Source: Eledone cirrhosa
Lineage: Eukaryota
Direction: 5' to 3'
Length of the DNA stretch: 64,000 nucleotides
Assembly (NCBI GenBank): GCA_964016885.1
Contig: OZ024743.1
Span: forward strand, 56,668,001 to 56,732,000
The notes beneath the pieces were generated by a model. That model worked only from the letters and a program-made list of their open reading frames with translations, did no database searches and was not told the origin of the DNA. This document shows, in pieces, positions 1 through 13,810 of this stretch. Every line of letters begins with the position of its first letter. Within the stretch, counting starts at the first letter, position 1. The translations under genes were made by a program, and so were the position numbers.

Positions 1-3000
1 TTATTCCATATTGCCCCTGTGTTGTGTCATTGAGCAAGTCACTTTATTCCATATTTCCCCAGTGTTGTGTCATTGAGCAAGTCACTTTATTCCATGTTGC
101 CCCAGTGTTGTGTCATTGAGCAAGTCACTTTATTCCATATTTCCCCTGTGTTGTGTCATTGAGCAAGTCACTTTATTCCATGTTGCCCCTGTGTTGTGTC
201 ATTGAGCAAGTCACTTTATTCCATGTTGCCCCAGTGTTGTGTCATTGAGCAAGTCACTTTATTCCATATTGCCCCTGTGTTGTGTCATTGAGCCAGTCAC
301 TTTATTCCATGTTGCCCCAGTGTTGTGTCATTGAGCAAGTCACTTTATTCCATGGTGCCCCTGTGTTGTGTCATTGAGCAAGTCACTTTATTCCATATTG
401 CCCCTGTGTTGTGTCATTGAGCAAGTCACTTTATTCCATATTGCCCCTGTGTTGTGTCATTGAGCAAGTCACTTTATTCCATATTGCCCCTGTGTTGTGT
501 CATTGAGCAAGTCACTTTATTCCATATTGCCCCTGTGTTGTGTCATTGAGCAAGTCACTTTATTCCATGTTGCCCCAGTGTTGTGTTCTTGAGCAAGTCA
601 CTTTATTCCATGTTGCCCCAGTGTTGTGTCATTGAGCAAGTCACTTTATTCCATATTTCCCCAGTGTTGTGTCATTGAGCAAGTCACTTTATTCCATGTT
701 GCCCCAGTGTTGTGTCATTGAGCAAGTCACTTTATTCCATATTTCCCCAGTGTTGTGTCATTGAGCAAGTCACTTTATTCCATGTTGCCCCTGTGTTGTG
801 TCATTGAGCAAGTCACTTTATTCCATGTTGCCCCTGTGTTGTGTTATTGAGCAAGTCACTTTATTCCATGTTGCCCCTGTGTTGTGTCATTGAGCAAGTC
901 ACTTTATTCCATATAGCCCCTGTGTTGTGTCATTGAGCAAGTCACTTTATTCCATGTTGCCCCTGTGTTGTGTCATTGAGCAAGTCACTCTATTCCATGT
1001 TGCCCCTGTGTTGTGTCATTGAGCAAGTCACTTTATTCCATGTTGCCCCTGTGTTGTGTCATTGAGCAAGTCACTTTATTCCATGTTGCCCCAGTGTTGT
1101 GTCATTGAGCAAGTCACTTTATTCCATATTGCCCCTGTGTTGTGTCATTGAGCAAGTCACTTTATTCCATGTTGCCCCAGTGTTGTGTCATTGAGCAAGT
1201 CACTTTATTCCATGGTGCCCCTGTGTTGTGTCATTGAGCAAGTCACTTTATTCCATGTTGCCCCAGTGTTGTGTCATTGAGCAAGTCACTTTATTCCATG
1301 TTGCCCCTGTGTTGTGTCATTGAGCAAGTCACTTTATTCCATGTTGCCCCAGTGTTGTGTCATTGAGCAAGTCACTTTATTCCATATTGCCCCTGTGTTG
1401 TGTCATTGAGCCAGTCACTTTATTCCATGTTGCCCCAGTGTTGTGTCATTGAGCAAGTCACTTTATTCCATGGTGCCCCTGTGTTGTGTCATTGAGCAAG
1501 TCACTTTATTCCATATTGCCCCTGTGTTGTGTCATTGAGCAAGTCACTTTATTCCATATTGCCCCTGTGTTGTGTCATTGAGCAAGTCACTTTATTCCAT
1601 GTTGCCCCAGTGTTGTGTTCTTGAGCAAGTCACTTTATTCCATGTTGCCCCAGTGTTGTGTTCTTGAGCAAGTCACTTTATTCCATGTTGCCCCAGTGTT
1701 GTGTCATTGAGCAAGTCACTTTATTCCATATTGCCCCAGTGTTGTGTCATTGAGCAAGTCACTTTATTCCATATTGCCCCTGTGTTGTGTCATTGAGCAA
1801 GTCACTTTATTCCATGTTGCCCCTGTGTTGTGTCATTGAGCAAGTCACTTTATTCCATGTTGCCCCTGTGTTGTGTCATTGAGCAAGTCACTTTATTCCA
1901 TGTTGCCCCTGTGTTGTGTCATTGAGCAAGTCACTTTATTCCATGTTGCCCCAGTGTTGTGTCATTGAGCAAGTCACTTTATTCCATATTGCCCCTGTGT
2001 TGTGTCATTGAGCAAGTCACTTTATTCCATGTTGCCCCAGTGTTGTGTCATTGAGCAAGTCACTTTATTCCATATTGCCCCAGTGTTGTGTCATTGAGCA
2101 AGTCACTTTATTCCATGTTGCCCCAGTGTTGTGTCATTGAGCAAGTCACTTTATTCCATGGTGCCCCAGTGTTGTGTTCTTGAGCAAGTCACTTTATTCC
2201 ATGTTGCCCCTGTGTTGTGTCATTGAGCAAGTCACTTTATTCCATGTTGCCCCAGTGTTGTGTTCTTGAGCAAGTCACTTTATTCCATGTTGCCCCAGTG
2301 TTGTGTTCTTGAGCAAGTCACTTTATTCCATGTTGCCCCAGTGTTGTGTCATTGAGCAAGTCACTTTATTCCATGGTGCCCCAGTGTTGTGTCATTGAGC
2401 AAGTCACTTTATTCCATGGTGCCCCAGTGTTGTGTCATTGAGCAAGTCACTTTATTCCATGTTGCCCCTGTGTTGTGTCATTGAGCAAGTCACTTTATTC
2501 CATGTTGCCCCAGTGTTGTGTTCTTGAGTAAGTCACTTTATTCCATGTTGCCCCAGTGTTGTGTTCTTGAGCAAGTCACTTTATTCCATGTTGCCCCAGT
2601 GTTGTGTCATTGAGCAAGTCACTTTATTCCATGTTGCCCCTGTGTTGTGTCATTGAGCAAGTCACTTTATTCCATGTTGCCCCTGTGTTGTGTCATTGAG
2701 CAAGTCACTTTATTCCATGTTGCCCCAGTGTTGTGTCATTGAGCAAGTCACTTTATTCCATGTTGCCCCTGTGTTGTGTTCTTGAGCAAGTCACTTTATT
2801 CCATGTTGCCCCAGTGTTGTGTCATTGAGCAAGTCACTTTATTCCATATTGCCCCAGTGTTGTGTCATTGAGCAAGTCACTTTATTCCATATTGCCCCTG
2901 TGTTGTGTCATTGAGCAAGTCACTTTATTCCATGTTGCCCCAGTGTTGTGTCATTGAGCAAGTCACTTTATTCCATATTGCCCCAGTGTTGTGTCATTGA

Positions 3001-6000
3001 GCAAGTCACTTTATTCCATGTTGCCCCAGTGTTGTGTCATTGAGCAAGTCACTTTATTCCATATTGCCCCAGTGTTGTGTCATTGAGCAAGTCACTTTAT
3101 TCCATATTGCCCCTGTGTTGTGTCATTGAGCAAGTCACTTTATTCCATGTTGCCCCAGTGTTGTGTCATTGAGCAAGTCACTTTATTCCATATTGCCCCA
3201 GTGTTGTGTCATTGAGCAAGTCACTTTATTCCATGTTGCCCCAGTGTTGTGTCATTGAGCAAGTCACTTTATTCCATGGTGCCCCAGTGTTGTGTTCTTG
3301 AGCAAGTCACTTTATTCCATGTTGCCCCTGTGTTGTGTCATTGAGCAAGTCACTTTATTCCATGTTGCCCCAGTGTTGTGTTCTTGAGCAAGTCACTTTA
3401 TTCCATGTTGCCCCAGTGTTGTGTTCTTGAGCAAGTCACTTTATTCCATGTTGCCCCAGTGTTGTGTCATTGAGCAAGTCACTTTATTCCATGGTGCCCC
3501 AGTGTTGTGTCATTGAGCAAGTCACTTTATTCCATGGTGCCCCAGTGTTGTGTCATTGAGCAAGTCACTTTATTCCATGTTGCCCCTGTGTTGTGTCATT
3601 GAGCAAGTCACTTTATTCCATGTTGCCCCAGTGTTGTGTTCTTGAGCAAGTCACTTTATTCCATGTTGCCCCAGTGTTGTGTTCTTGAGCAAGTCACTTT
3701 ATTCCATGTTGCCCCAGTGTTGTGTCATTGAGCAAGTCACTTTATTCCATGTTGCCCCTGTGTTGTGTCATTGAGCAAGTCACTTTATTCCATGTTGCCC
3801 CTGTATTGTGTCATTGAGCAAGTCACTTTATTCCATGTTGCCCCTGTGTTGTGTCATTGAGCAAGTCACTTTATTCCATTGTGCCCCAGTGTTGTGTCAT
3901 TGAGCAAGTCACTTTATTCCATGTTGCCCCTGTGTTGTGTCATTGAGCAAGTCACTTTATTCCATATTGCCCCAGTGTTGTGTCATTGAGCAAGTCACTT
4001 TATTCCATGTTGCCCCTGTGTTGTGTCATTGAGCAAGTCACTTTATTCCATATTGCCCCAGTGTTGTGTCATTGAGCAAGTCACTTTATTCCATGTTGCC
4101 CCAGTTTTGTGTCATTGAGCAAGTCACTTTATTCCATATTGCCCCAGTGTTGTGTCATTGAGCAAGTCACTTTATTCCATATTGCCCCTGTGTTGTGTCA
4201 TTGAGCAAGTCACTTTATTCCATGTTGCCCCAGTGTTGTGTCATTGAGCAAGTCACTTTATTCCATGTTGCCCCAGTGTTGTGTCATTGAGCAAGTCACT
4301 TTATTCCATGTTGCCCCAGTGTTGTGTTCTTGAGCAAGTCACTTTATTCCATATTGCCCCTGTGTTGTGTCATTGAGCAAGTCACTTTATTCCATGTTGC
4401 CCCAGTGTTGTGTTCTTGAGCAAGTCACTTTATTCCATATTGCCCCTGTGTTGTGTCATTGAGCAAGTCACTTTATTCCATGTTGCCCCAGTGTTGTGTT
4501 CTTGAGGAAGTCACTTTATTACATATTGCCCCTGTGTTGTGTCATTGAGCAAGTCACTTTATTCCATGTTGCCCCAGTGTTGTGTTCTTGAGCAAGTCAC
4601 TTTATTCCATATTGCCCCTGTGTTGTGTCATTGAGCAAGTCACTTTAATCCATGTTGCCCCAGTGTTGTGTTATTGAGCAAGTCACTTTATTCCATATTG
4701 CCCCAGTGTTGTGTCATTGAGCAAGTCACTTTATTCCATAATGACCCTGTGTTGTGTCATTGAGCAAGTCACTTTATTCCATATTGCCCCAGTGTTGTGT
4801 TATTGAGCAAGTCACTTTATTCCATATTGCCCCAGTGTTGTGTCATTGAGCAAGTCACTTTATTCCATGTTGCCCCAGTGTTGTGTTCTTGAGCAAGTCA
4901 CTTTATTCCATATTGCCCCTGTGTTGTGTCATTGAGCAAGTCACTTTTTTCCATATTGCCCCAGTGTTGTGTTATTGAGCAAGTCACTTTATTCCATATT
5001 GCCCCTGTGTTGTGTCATTGAGCAAGTCACTTTATTCCATGTTGCCCCTGTGTTGTGTCATTGAGCAAGTCACTTTATTCCATATTGCCCCAGTGTTGTG
5101 TTATTGAGCAAGTCACTTTATTCCATATTTCCCCAGTGTTGTGTCATTGAGCAAGTCACTTTATTCCATGTTGCCCCAGTGTTGTGTCATTGAGCAAGTC
5201 ACTTTATTCCATATTGCCCCTGTGTTGTGTCATTGAGCAAGTCACTTTATTCCATATTGCCCCAGTGTTGTGTCATTGAGCAAGTCACTTTATTCCATGT
5301 TGCCCCAGTGTTGTGTCATTGAGCAAGTCACTTTATTCCATATTGCCCCTGTGTTGTGTCATTGAGCAAGTCACTTTATTCCATATTGCCCCAGTGTTGT
5401 GTCATTGAGCAAGTCACTTTATTCCATGTTGCCCCAGTGTTGTGTCATTGAGCAAGTCACTTTATTCCATATTGCCCCAGTGTTGTGTCATTGAGCAAGT
5501 CACTTTATTCCATATTGCCCCAGTGTTGTGTCATTGAGCAAGTCACTTTATTCCATATTGCCCCTGTGTTGTGTCATTGAGCAAGTCACTTTATTCCATG
5601 TTGCCCCAGTGTTGTGTTATTGAGCAAGTCACTTTATTCCATGTTGCCCCAGTGTTGTGTCATTGAGCAAGTCACTTTATTCCATGTTGCCCCAGTGTTG
5701 TGTTCTTGAGCAAGTCACTTTATTCCATATTGCTCCAGCGTTGTGTCATTGAGCAAGTCACTTTATTCCATATTGCTCTAGTGTTGTGTCATTGAGCAAG
5801 TCACTTTATTCCATATTGCCCCAGTGTTGTGTCATTGAGCAAGTCACTTTATTCCATATTGCCCCAGTGTTGTGTCATTGAGCAAGTCACTTTATTCCAA
5901 ATTGCCCCTGTGTTGTGTCATTGAGCAAGTCACTTTATCCATATTGCCCCAGTGTTGTGTCATTGAGCAAGTCACTTTATTCCATATTGCCCCAGTGTTG

Positions 6001-9000
6001 TGTCATTGAGCAAGTCACTTTATTCCATATTGCTCCAGTGTTGTGTCATTGAGCAAGTCACTTTATTCCATATTGCCCCAGTGTTGTGTCATTGAGCAAG
6101 TCACTTTATTCCATATTGCCCCTGTGTTGTGTCATTGAGCAAGTCACTTTATTCCATATTGCTCCAGTGTTGTGTCATTGAGCAAGTCACTTTATTCCAT
6201 ATTGCTCCTGTGTTGTGTCATTGAGCAAGTCACTTTATTCCATGTTGCCCCAGTGTTGTGTCATTGAGCAAGTCACTTTATTCCATATTGCCCCTGTGTT
6301 GTGTCATTGAGCAAGTCACTTTATTCCATATTGCCCCAGTGTTGTGTCATTGAGCAAGTCACTTTATTCCATATTGCCCCAGTGTTGTGTCATTGAGCAA
6401 GTCACTTTATTCCATATTGCCCCAGTGTTGTGTCATTGAGCAAGTCACTTTATTCCATGTTGCCCCAGTGTTGTGTCATTGAGCAAGTCACTTTATTCCA
6501 TATTGCCCCAGTGTTGTGTCATTGAGCAAGTCACTTTATTCCATATTGCCCCAGTGTTGTGTCATTGAGCAAGTCACTTTATTCCATATTGCCCCTGTAT
6601 TGTGTCATTGAGCAAGTCACTTTATTCCATATTGCCCCTGTGTTGTGTCATTGAGCAAGTCACTTTATTCCATATTGCCCCTGTGTTGTGTCATTGAGCA
6701 AGTCACTTTATTCCATATTGCCCCAGTGTTGTGTCATTGAGCAAGTCACTTTATTCCATATTGCCCCAGTGTTGTGTCATTGAGCAAGTCACTTTATTCC
6801 ATATTGCCCCTGTGTTGTGTCATTGAGCAAGTCACTTTATTCCATATTGCCCCTGTGTTGTGTCATTGAGCAAGTCACTTTATTCCATGTTGCCCCAGTG
6901 TTGCGTCATTGAGCAAGTCACTTTATTCCATATTGCCCCTGTGTTGTGTCATTGAGCAAGTCACTTTATTCCATGTTGCCCCTGTGTTGTGTCATTGAGC
7001 AAGTCACTTTATTCCATATTGCCCCTGTGTTGTGTCATTGAGCAAGTCACTTTATTCCATGTTGCCCCAGTGTTGTGTCATTGAGCAAGTCACTTTATTC
7101 CATGTTGCCCCTGTGTTGTGTTATTGAGCAAGTCACTTTATTCCATGTTGCCCCAGTGTTGTGTCATTGAGCAAGTCACTTTATTCCATATTGCCCCTGT
7201 GTTGTGTCATTGAGCAAGTCACTTTATTCCATGTTGCCCCAGTGTTGTGTCATTGAGCAAGTCACTTTATTCCATGTTGCCCCTGTGTTGTGTTATTGAG
7301 CAAGTCACTTTATTCCATGTTGCCCCAGTGTTGTGTCATTGAGCAAGTCACTTTATTCCATATTGCCCCTGTGTTGTGTCATTGAGCAAGTCACTTTATT
7401 CCATGTTGCCCCTGTGTTGTGTCATTGAGCAAGTCACTTTATTCCATATTGCTCCAGTGTTGTGTCATTGAGCAAGTCACTTTATTCCATGTTGCCCCTG
7501 TGTTGTGTCATTGAGCAAGTCACTTTATTCCATGTTGCCCCAGTGTTGTGTCATTGAGCAAGTCACTTTATTCCATATTGCCCCTGTGTTGTGTCATTGA
7601 GCAAGTCACTTTATTCCATGTTGCCCCTGTGTTGTGTCATTGAGCAAGTCACTTTATTCCATATTGCCCCTGTGTTGTGTCATTGAGCAAGTCACTTTAT
7701 TCCATGTTGCCCCTGTGTTGTGTCATTGAGCAAGTCACTTTATTCCATATTGCTCCAGTGTTGTGTCATTGAGCAAGTCACTTTATTCCATGTTGCCCCT
7801 GTGTTGTGTCATTGAGCAAGTCACTTTATTCCATATTGCTCCAGTGTTGTGTCATTGAGCAAGTCACTTTATTCCATGTTGCCCCTGTGTTGTGTCATTG
7901 AGCAAGTCACTTTATTCCATATTGCCCCTGTGTTGTGTCATTGAGCAAGTCACTTTATTCCATATTGCCCCAGTGTTCTGTCATTGAGCAAGTCACTTTA
8001 TTCCATATTGCCCCTGTGTTGTGTCATTGAGCAAGTCACTTTATTCCATGTTGCCCCTGTGTTGTGTCATTGAGCAAGTCACTTTATTCCATATTGCTCC
8101 AGTGTTGTGTCATTGAGCAAGTCACTTTATTCCATGTTGCCCCTGTGTTGTGTCATTGAGCAAGTCACTTTATTCCATATTGCTCCAGTGTTGTGTCATT
8201 GAGCAAGTCACTTTATTCCATGTTGCCCCTGTGTTGTGTCATTGAGCAAGTCACTTTATTCCATATTGCTCCAGTGTTGTGTCATTGAGCAAGTCACTTT
8301 ATTCCATGTTGCCCCTGTGTTGTGTCATTGAGCAAGTCACTTTATTCCATATTGCCCCTGTGTTGTGTCATTGAGCAAGTCACTTTATTCCATATTGCCC
8401 CAGTGTTGTGTCATTGAGCAAGTCACTTTATTCCATATTGCCCCAGTGTTGTGTCATTGAGCAAGTCACTTTATTCCATATTGCCCCAGTGTTGTGTCAT
8501 TGAGCAAGTCACTTTATTCCATGTTGCCCCAGTGTTGTGTCATTGAGCAAGTCACTTTATTCCATATTGCCCCAGTGTTGTGTCATTGAGCAAGTCACTT
8601 TATCCATATTGCCCCAGTGTTGTGTCATTGAGCAAGTCACTTTATTCCATATTGCCCCAGTGTTGTGTCATTGAGCAAGTCACTTTATTCCATATTGCTC
8701 CAGTGTTGTGTCATTGAGCAAGTCACTTTATTCCATATTGCCCCAGTGTTGTGTCATTGAGCAAGTCACTTTATTCCATATTGCTCCAGTGTTGTGTCAT
8801 TGAGCAAGTCACTTTATTCCATGTTGCCCCTGTGTTGTGTCATTGAGCAAGTCACTTTATTCCATATTGCTCCAGTGTTGTGTCATTGAGCAAGTCACTT
8901 TATTCCATGTTGCCCCTGTGTTGTGTCATTGAGCAAGTCACTTTATTCCATATTGCCCCTGTGTTGTGTCATTGAGCAAGTCACTTTATTCCATATTGCC

Positions 9001-11068
9001 CCAGTGTTGTGTCATTGAGCAAGTCACTTTATTCCATATTGCCCCAGTGTTGTGTCATTGAGCAAGTCACTTTATTCCATATTGCCCCAGTGTTGTGTCA
9101 TTGAGCAAGTCACTTTATTCCATGTTGCCCCAGTGTTGTGTCATTGAGCAAGTCACTTTATTCCATATTGCCCCAGTGTTGTGTCATTCAGCAAGTCACT
9201 TTATTCCATATTGCCCCAGTGTTGTGTCATTGAGCAAGTCACTTTATTCCATATTGCCCCAGTGTTGTGTCATTGAGCAAGTCACTTTATTCCATGTTGC
9301 TCCAGTGTTGTGTCATTGAGCAATCACTTTATTCCATGTTGCCCCAGTGTTGTGTCATTGAGCAAGTCACTTTATTCCATATTGCCCCAGTGTTGTGTCA
9401 TTGAGCAAGTCACTTTATTCCATATTGCCCCTGTATTGTGTCATTGAGCAAGTCACTTTATTCCATATTGCCCCTGTGTTGTGTCATTGAGCAAGTCACT
9501 TTATTCCATATTGCCCCTGTGTTGTGTCATTGAGCAAGTCACTTTATTCCATATTGCCCCAGTGTTGTGTCATTGAGCAAGTCACTTTATTCCATATTGC
9601 CCCAGTGTTGTGTCATTGAGCAAGTCACTTTATTCCATATTGCCCCTGTGTTGTGTCATTGAGCAAGTCACTTTATTCCATATTGCCCCTGTGTTGTGTC
9701 ATTGAGCAAGTCACTTTATTCCATATTGCCCCAGTGTTGCGTCATTGAGCAAGTCACTTTATTCCATATTGCCCCTGTGTTGTGTCATTGAGCAAGTCAC
9801 TTTATTCCATGTTGCCCCTGTGTTGTGTCATTGAGCAAGTCACTTTATTCCATATTGCCCCTGTGTTGTGTCATTGAGCAAGTCACTTTATTCCATGTTG
9901 CCCCAGTGTTGTGTCATTGAGCAAGTCACTTTATTCCATGTTGCCCCTGTGTTGTGTTATTGAGCAAGTCACTTTATTCCATGTTGCCCCAGTGTTGTGT
10001 CATTGAGCAAGTCACTTTATTCCATATTGCCCCTGTGTTGTGTCATTGAGCAAGTCACTTTATTCCATGTTGCCCCTGTGTTGTGTCATTGAGCAAGTCA
10101 CTTTATTCCATATTGCTCCAGTGTTGTGTCATTGAGCAAGTCACTTTATTCCATGTTGCCCCTGTGTTGTGTCATTGAGCAAGTCACTTTATTCCATATT
10201 GCCCCAGTGTTCTGTCATTGAGCAAGTCACTTTATTCCATATTGCCCCTGTGTTGTGTCATTGAGCAAGTCACTTTATTCCATGTTGCCCCTGTGTTGTG
10301 TCATTGAGCAAGTCACTTTATTCCATATTGCTCCAGTGTTGTGTCATTGAGCAAGTCACTTTATTCCATGTTGCCCCTGTGTTGTGTCATTGAGCAAGTC
10401 ACTTTATTCCATATTGCTCCAGTGTTGTGTCATTGAGCAAGTCACTTTATTCCATGTTGCCCCTGTGTTGTGTCATTGAGCAAGTCACTTTATTCCATAT
10501 TGCCCCTGTGTTGTGTCATTGAGCAAGTCACTTTATTCCATATTGCCCCAGTGTTCTGTCATTGAGCAAGTCACTTTATTCCATATTGCCCCTGTGTTGT
10601 GTCATTGAGCAAGTCACTTTATTCCATGTTGCCCCTGTGTTGTGTCATTGAGCAAGTCACTTTATTCCATATTGCTCCAGTGTTGTGTCATTGAGCAAGT
10701 CACTTTATTCCATGTTGCCCCTGTGTTGTGTCATTGAGCAAGTCACTTTATTCCATATTGCTCCAGTGTTGTGTCATTGAGCAAGTCACTTTATTCCATG
10801 TTGCCCCTGTGTTGTGTCATTGAGCAAGTCACTTTATTCCATATTGCTCCAGTGCTGTGTCATTGAGCAAGTCACTTTATTCCATGTTGCCCCTGTGTTG
10901 TGTCATTGAGCAAGTCACTTTATTCCATGTTGCCCCTGTGTTGTGTCATTGAGCAAGTCACTTTATTCCATATTGCTCCAGTGTTGTGTCATTGAGCAAG
11001 TCACTTTATTCCATATTGCCCCTGTGTTGTGTCATTGAGCAAGTCACTTTATTCCATATTGCCCCAGT
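1..11068 (+). repeat. 43-bp tandem satellite (GTGTTGTGTCATTGAGCAAGTCACTTTATTCCATRTTGCCCCW), ~257 copies, runs off the left edge
   Basis: TTATTCC recurs at 1 and 44; head-to-tail units with few variable sites and no spacers. Confidence 0.98.
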
Positions 11069-11268
11069 TTACGCAGATGAGAATTTAGAAATGAGTTGTA
11101 CCTATATTTAAATAGACCAACCATTTCACACTGAATCTCCCTGAGAATTACGTCAATTGTACACATGTCTATGTAATGCCCAACCACTTGCACGTTAATT
11201 TCACGAACAAGCTATTCCGTTGGTCGAACAACTGGAATACTCATCGTCGGAAACGACGGAGTTCCAAT
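11069..11268 (+). mobile_element. 3' body of a tRNA-derived CORE-like SINE, contiguous with the last satellite unit
   Basis: Sequence continues CCCCAGTTTACGCAGATGAG...CACTTGCACGTTAATTTCACG...GACGGAG; a diverged reverse copy lies at ~48345-48530. Confidence 0.75.
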
Positions 11269-11463
11269 ACACACACAGTGTCAAATGCGTACTTTCTGTT
11301 TTAAGATGGTGGAAAGAGATTTGAGGAAAAGTTTGATATTATTTTTAATGGGTCAAACGGCCAGTTGGAGGCACTCATAATGGCTTATCTGTATCGGACC
11401 ACAGAAATAGCTTTCCATAGGTCTTACCATTGCCGATACTGTTGGTCGGTAACTTCTCACACA

Positions 11464-11580
11464 AGGAGCAACAACGTGATATAAAATATTTTGCTGAAGA
11501 CCATAACGATCCAGGAATCGAACCAACGACCTTTATAATTGTCAGTTCAAAACACACCTAACCACTAGGCCACGTACCTC
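11464..11580 (-). mobile_element. SINE 5' head (tRNA-derived) followed by one degenerate copy of the 43-bp unit
   Basis: Minus strand has A-box TGGCCTAGTGG, B-box GGTTCGATTCC, then GTTATGGTCTTCAGCAAAATATTTTATATCACGTTGTTGCTCC. Confidence 0.75.
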
Positions 11581-12031
11581 AAAAAATGTCAGATTTTCTA
11601 GCTCGTTCCACTCCGTCTGGAGAATAAAATTATTAATTTAATTTTAACGGTGTATTTAAACCCACAGCTAACCACCACCACCATCAACCCTATCACCCTC
11701 CCCCAACTACACATACATCGCCACCCCTACCGTCACCACCACCGCTACCGCCTCCTTCATCTTAGGGTTAATAGTTAATAGCTGCGGTACAGCTGTTAGT
11801 GTTTTCTTTTTCTTTCTTCCCACACCTCACCTCACCTCTTAGTTTCTTTAGTCAATCAAATGAACGAACATAAAGCATTTCAGCGGGTTAAAGCTGAAAT
11901 TGTTCAAGGCTTGAACTTCATTTGACCTCCATTTGTGATGGTTACACCGAGGCTTTGCCAGTCAATCAACGGCGTTCACTGTCGTCTTTTGTTTTCCAAT
12001 ATGTGCAGTTTTATGCTTATTTTCTGTAATA

Positions 12032-12535
12032 TTAACCCTTTTCATACAAACCCATCTCTTGTTCTATGATACACAACTATTTATTTTAAAGTGTTTATAT
12101 TTATCTAAAAATTTTCATTTATAATTTTATGTAACAACCTTTGATAAGTTATGTTCCAAACACCAAATAAATAAACTCCCTCCAAATTCATTGATTAGTT
12201 TTCAAATATATTTGAAAACCATAGACAGAGGTTTTCATTAAAAATATAGTAATTAAAGGTTTAAAGTGTTTACATTTATCTAAAAAAAGATTCCATCATA
12301 ATTTTTTGTAAGTATGTAAGAACTTTTGATAAGTTATGTTCCAGCTTAATAATAAAAAAAAGAAAGTTATATTCCTAAATCTCTCCAAATTGTTGATTAG
12401 TTTTCAAAGATATTTGAAAACCATAGGCAGAGGTTTTCATAAAAAATATAGTAATTAAAGTTTTAAAGTGTTAACTTTATGTAAGAACCTCTGTTAAGTT
12501 ATGTTCCAGCTTAATTTAAAAAAAAAAGAAGAAGA
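12032..12535 (+). repeat. Degenerate AT-rich repeat with internal ~190-bp duplication; begins TTAA-CCCTTT (piggyBac-like end)
   Basis: TTGATAAGTTATGTTCC and TTTGAAAACCATAG blocks are repeated; related TTCCAAACACC motifs at ~60100 and ~63590-63780. Confidence 0.5.
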
Positions 12536-12988
12536 ATGTTATACTACGAATTTTCATTATTAGAGGCCTGTCTATTGGGGCGGGACACACACACATCAAA
12601 AAAGCTAAATCAGCTTTTTAATGAATTTCTTTACACGCCTCTTGATACAGAATGCGCCCCAATCCAGTCATTACAATTTTAAACAAATGTAAACCAGTAA
12701 ACAGATACTTAGTCACACTAATTAAGCGGAACATTCGAGTAAACGTAGTGACTCAAGTGGAGTATAAAGATTTGTAATACACATGTGTATTGAAATATAA
12801 ATGCAGAATGGTGGATGTATTAACTGCAAAGTAAGTATATATATATGTATATATATATATGCAAAAGTTCTATTTAAATTGTTGGGATACAAGTAAATAT
12901 TTTTATAACTGATATAAAGCACTCGACAAGTATTTGGAGTAGATATACGATATTAATAAATGGAAACTATATTTATAAAATCATATTT

Positions 12989-13051
12989 ATTTCATTATAC
13001 ATATTTCAAGGATACCGAGTTAAATTATGGTATGCCTTCATCAGACAAAAT
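12989..13051 (-). ncRNA. Type I hammerhead ribozyme motif
   Basis: ATTTTGT-CTGATGA-AGGCATACC..GGTATCCTT-GAAA-TATGTA-TA-ATGAAAT; stem I pairs with G-U wobbles. Confidence 0.7.
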
Positions 13052-13131
13052 ACAATATATATCAGTTTTACAAATAAGCATTGACGTACCCTTTCAAAAT
13101 GCGACCATTACTTTTGGAGGACATCAGGATA

Positions 13132-13198
<67 letters not shown>

Positions 13199-13199
13199 T

Positions 13200-13355
13200 A
13201 ACGAAGGAAATGTGGTAAGGAACAGATGGACCATAACGCACCAAAGTACTCAATACTTAGGATAGTAGAGTGGGTAATAGGAACAGGTACGACCCCGATG
13301 GCTGAGCTCAAGCCGTTTCGACGGCTTGAGCTCAGCCGTCGGGGTCCTACTTGTT

Positions 13356-13357
<2 letters not shown>
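13200..13357 (-). mobile_element. Short palindromic PLE-terminus element in (TA)n, copy 1
   Basis: Same sequence family as 39606, 41886 and 60891; GGAAC..GACCCC..CTGAGCTCAAGCCGT inverted arms. Confidence 0.8.
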
Positions 13358-13410
<53 letters not shown>

Positions 13411-13581
13411 GTGTGTGTAGGGAGTGTAACGCGGAGTTACTGTAGGTTCACCCGGGTGAGCACTCGATGTTTAGGTTCACGTCAGTAGCGAGGTATAGAG
13501 CAAGACAGAGTGTTGCTCTATACAAGGACGAATGTAATACAAGGACGAATGGTTACTCCTTTATTACGTTTATTGGTTGGT

Positions 13582-13612
13582 GACGCGCGTTTCGCTACTG
13601 ATCAGCTCATAG
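13582..13612 (-). ncRNA. Degenerate minimal hammerhead motif
   Basis: CTATGA-GCT-GATCAGT-AGC-GAAACGCGCGTC followed by AATAAA; core lacks one G and stem I does not pair. Confidence 0.35.
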
Positions 13613-13695
13613 TTCGATCTGGCCCGATTCTGGAATCAAAATGTGTATGTGTGTATTATATACAAAGGAAAGAAAGAAGAGCCGATCATGGGTGT

Positions 13696-13727
<32 letters not shown>

Positions 13728-13755
13728 GCGCACACACGCACACACACACACACAC

Positions 13756-13810
<55 letters not shown>

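Noticed and set aside
1-11068. CRISPR array, or a coding repeat (ORF 9095-9319)
   Set aside because: No unique spacers and no cas genes; the ORF arises from a single TGA-to-TCA variant in the satellite
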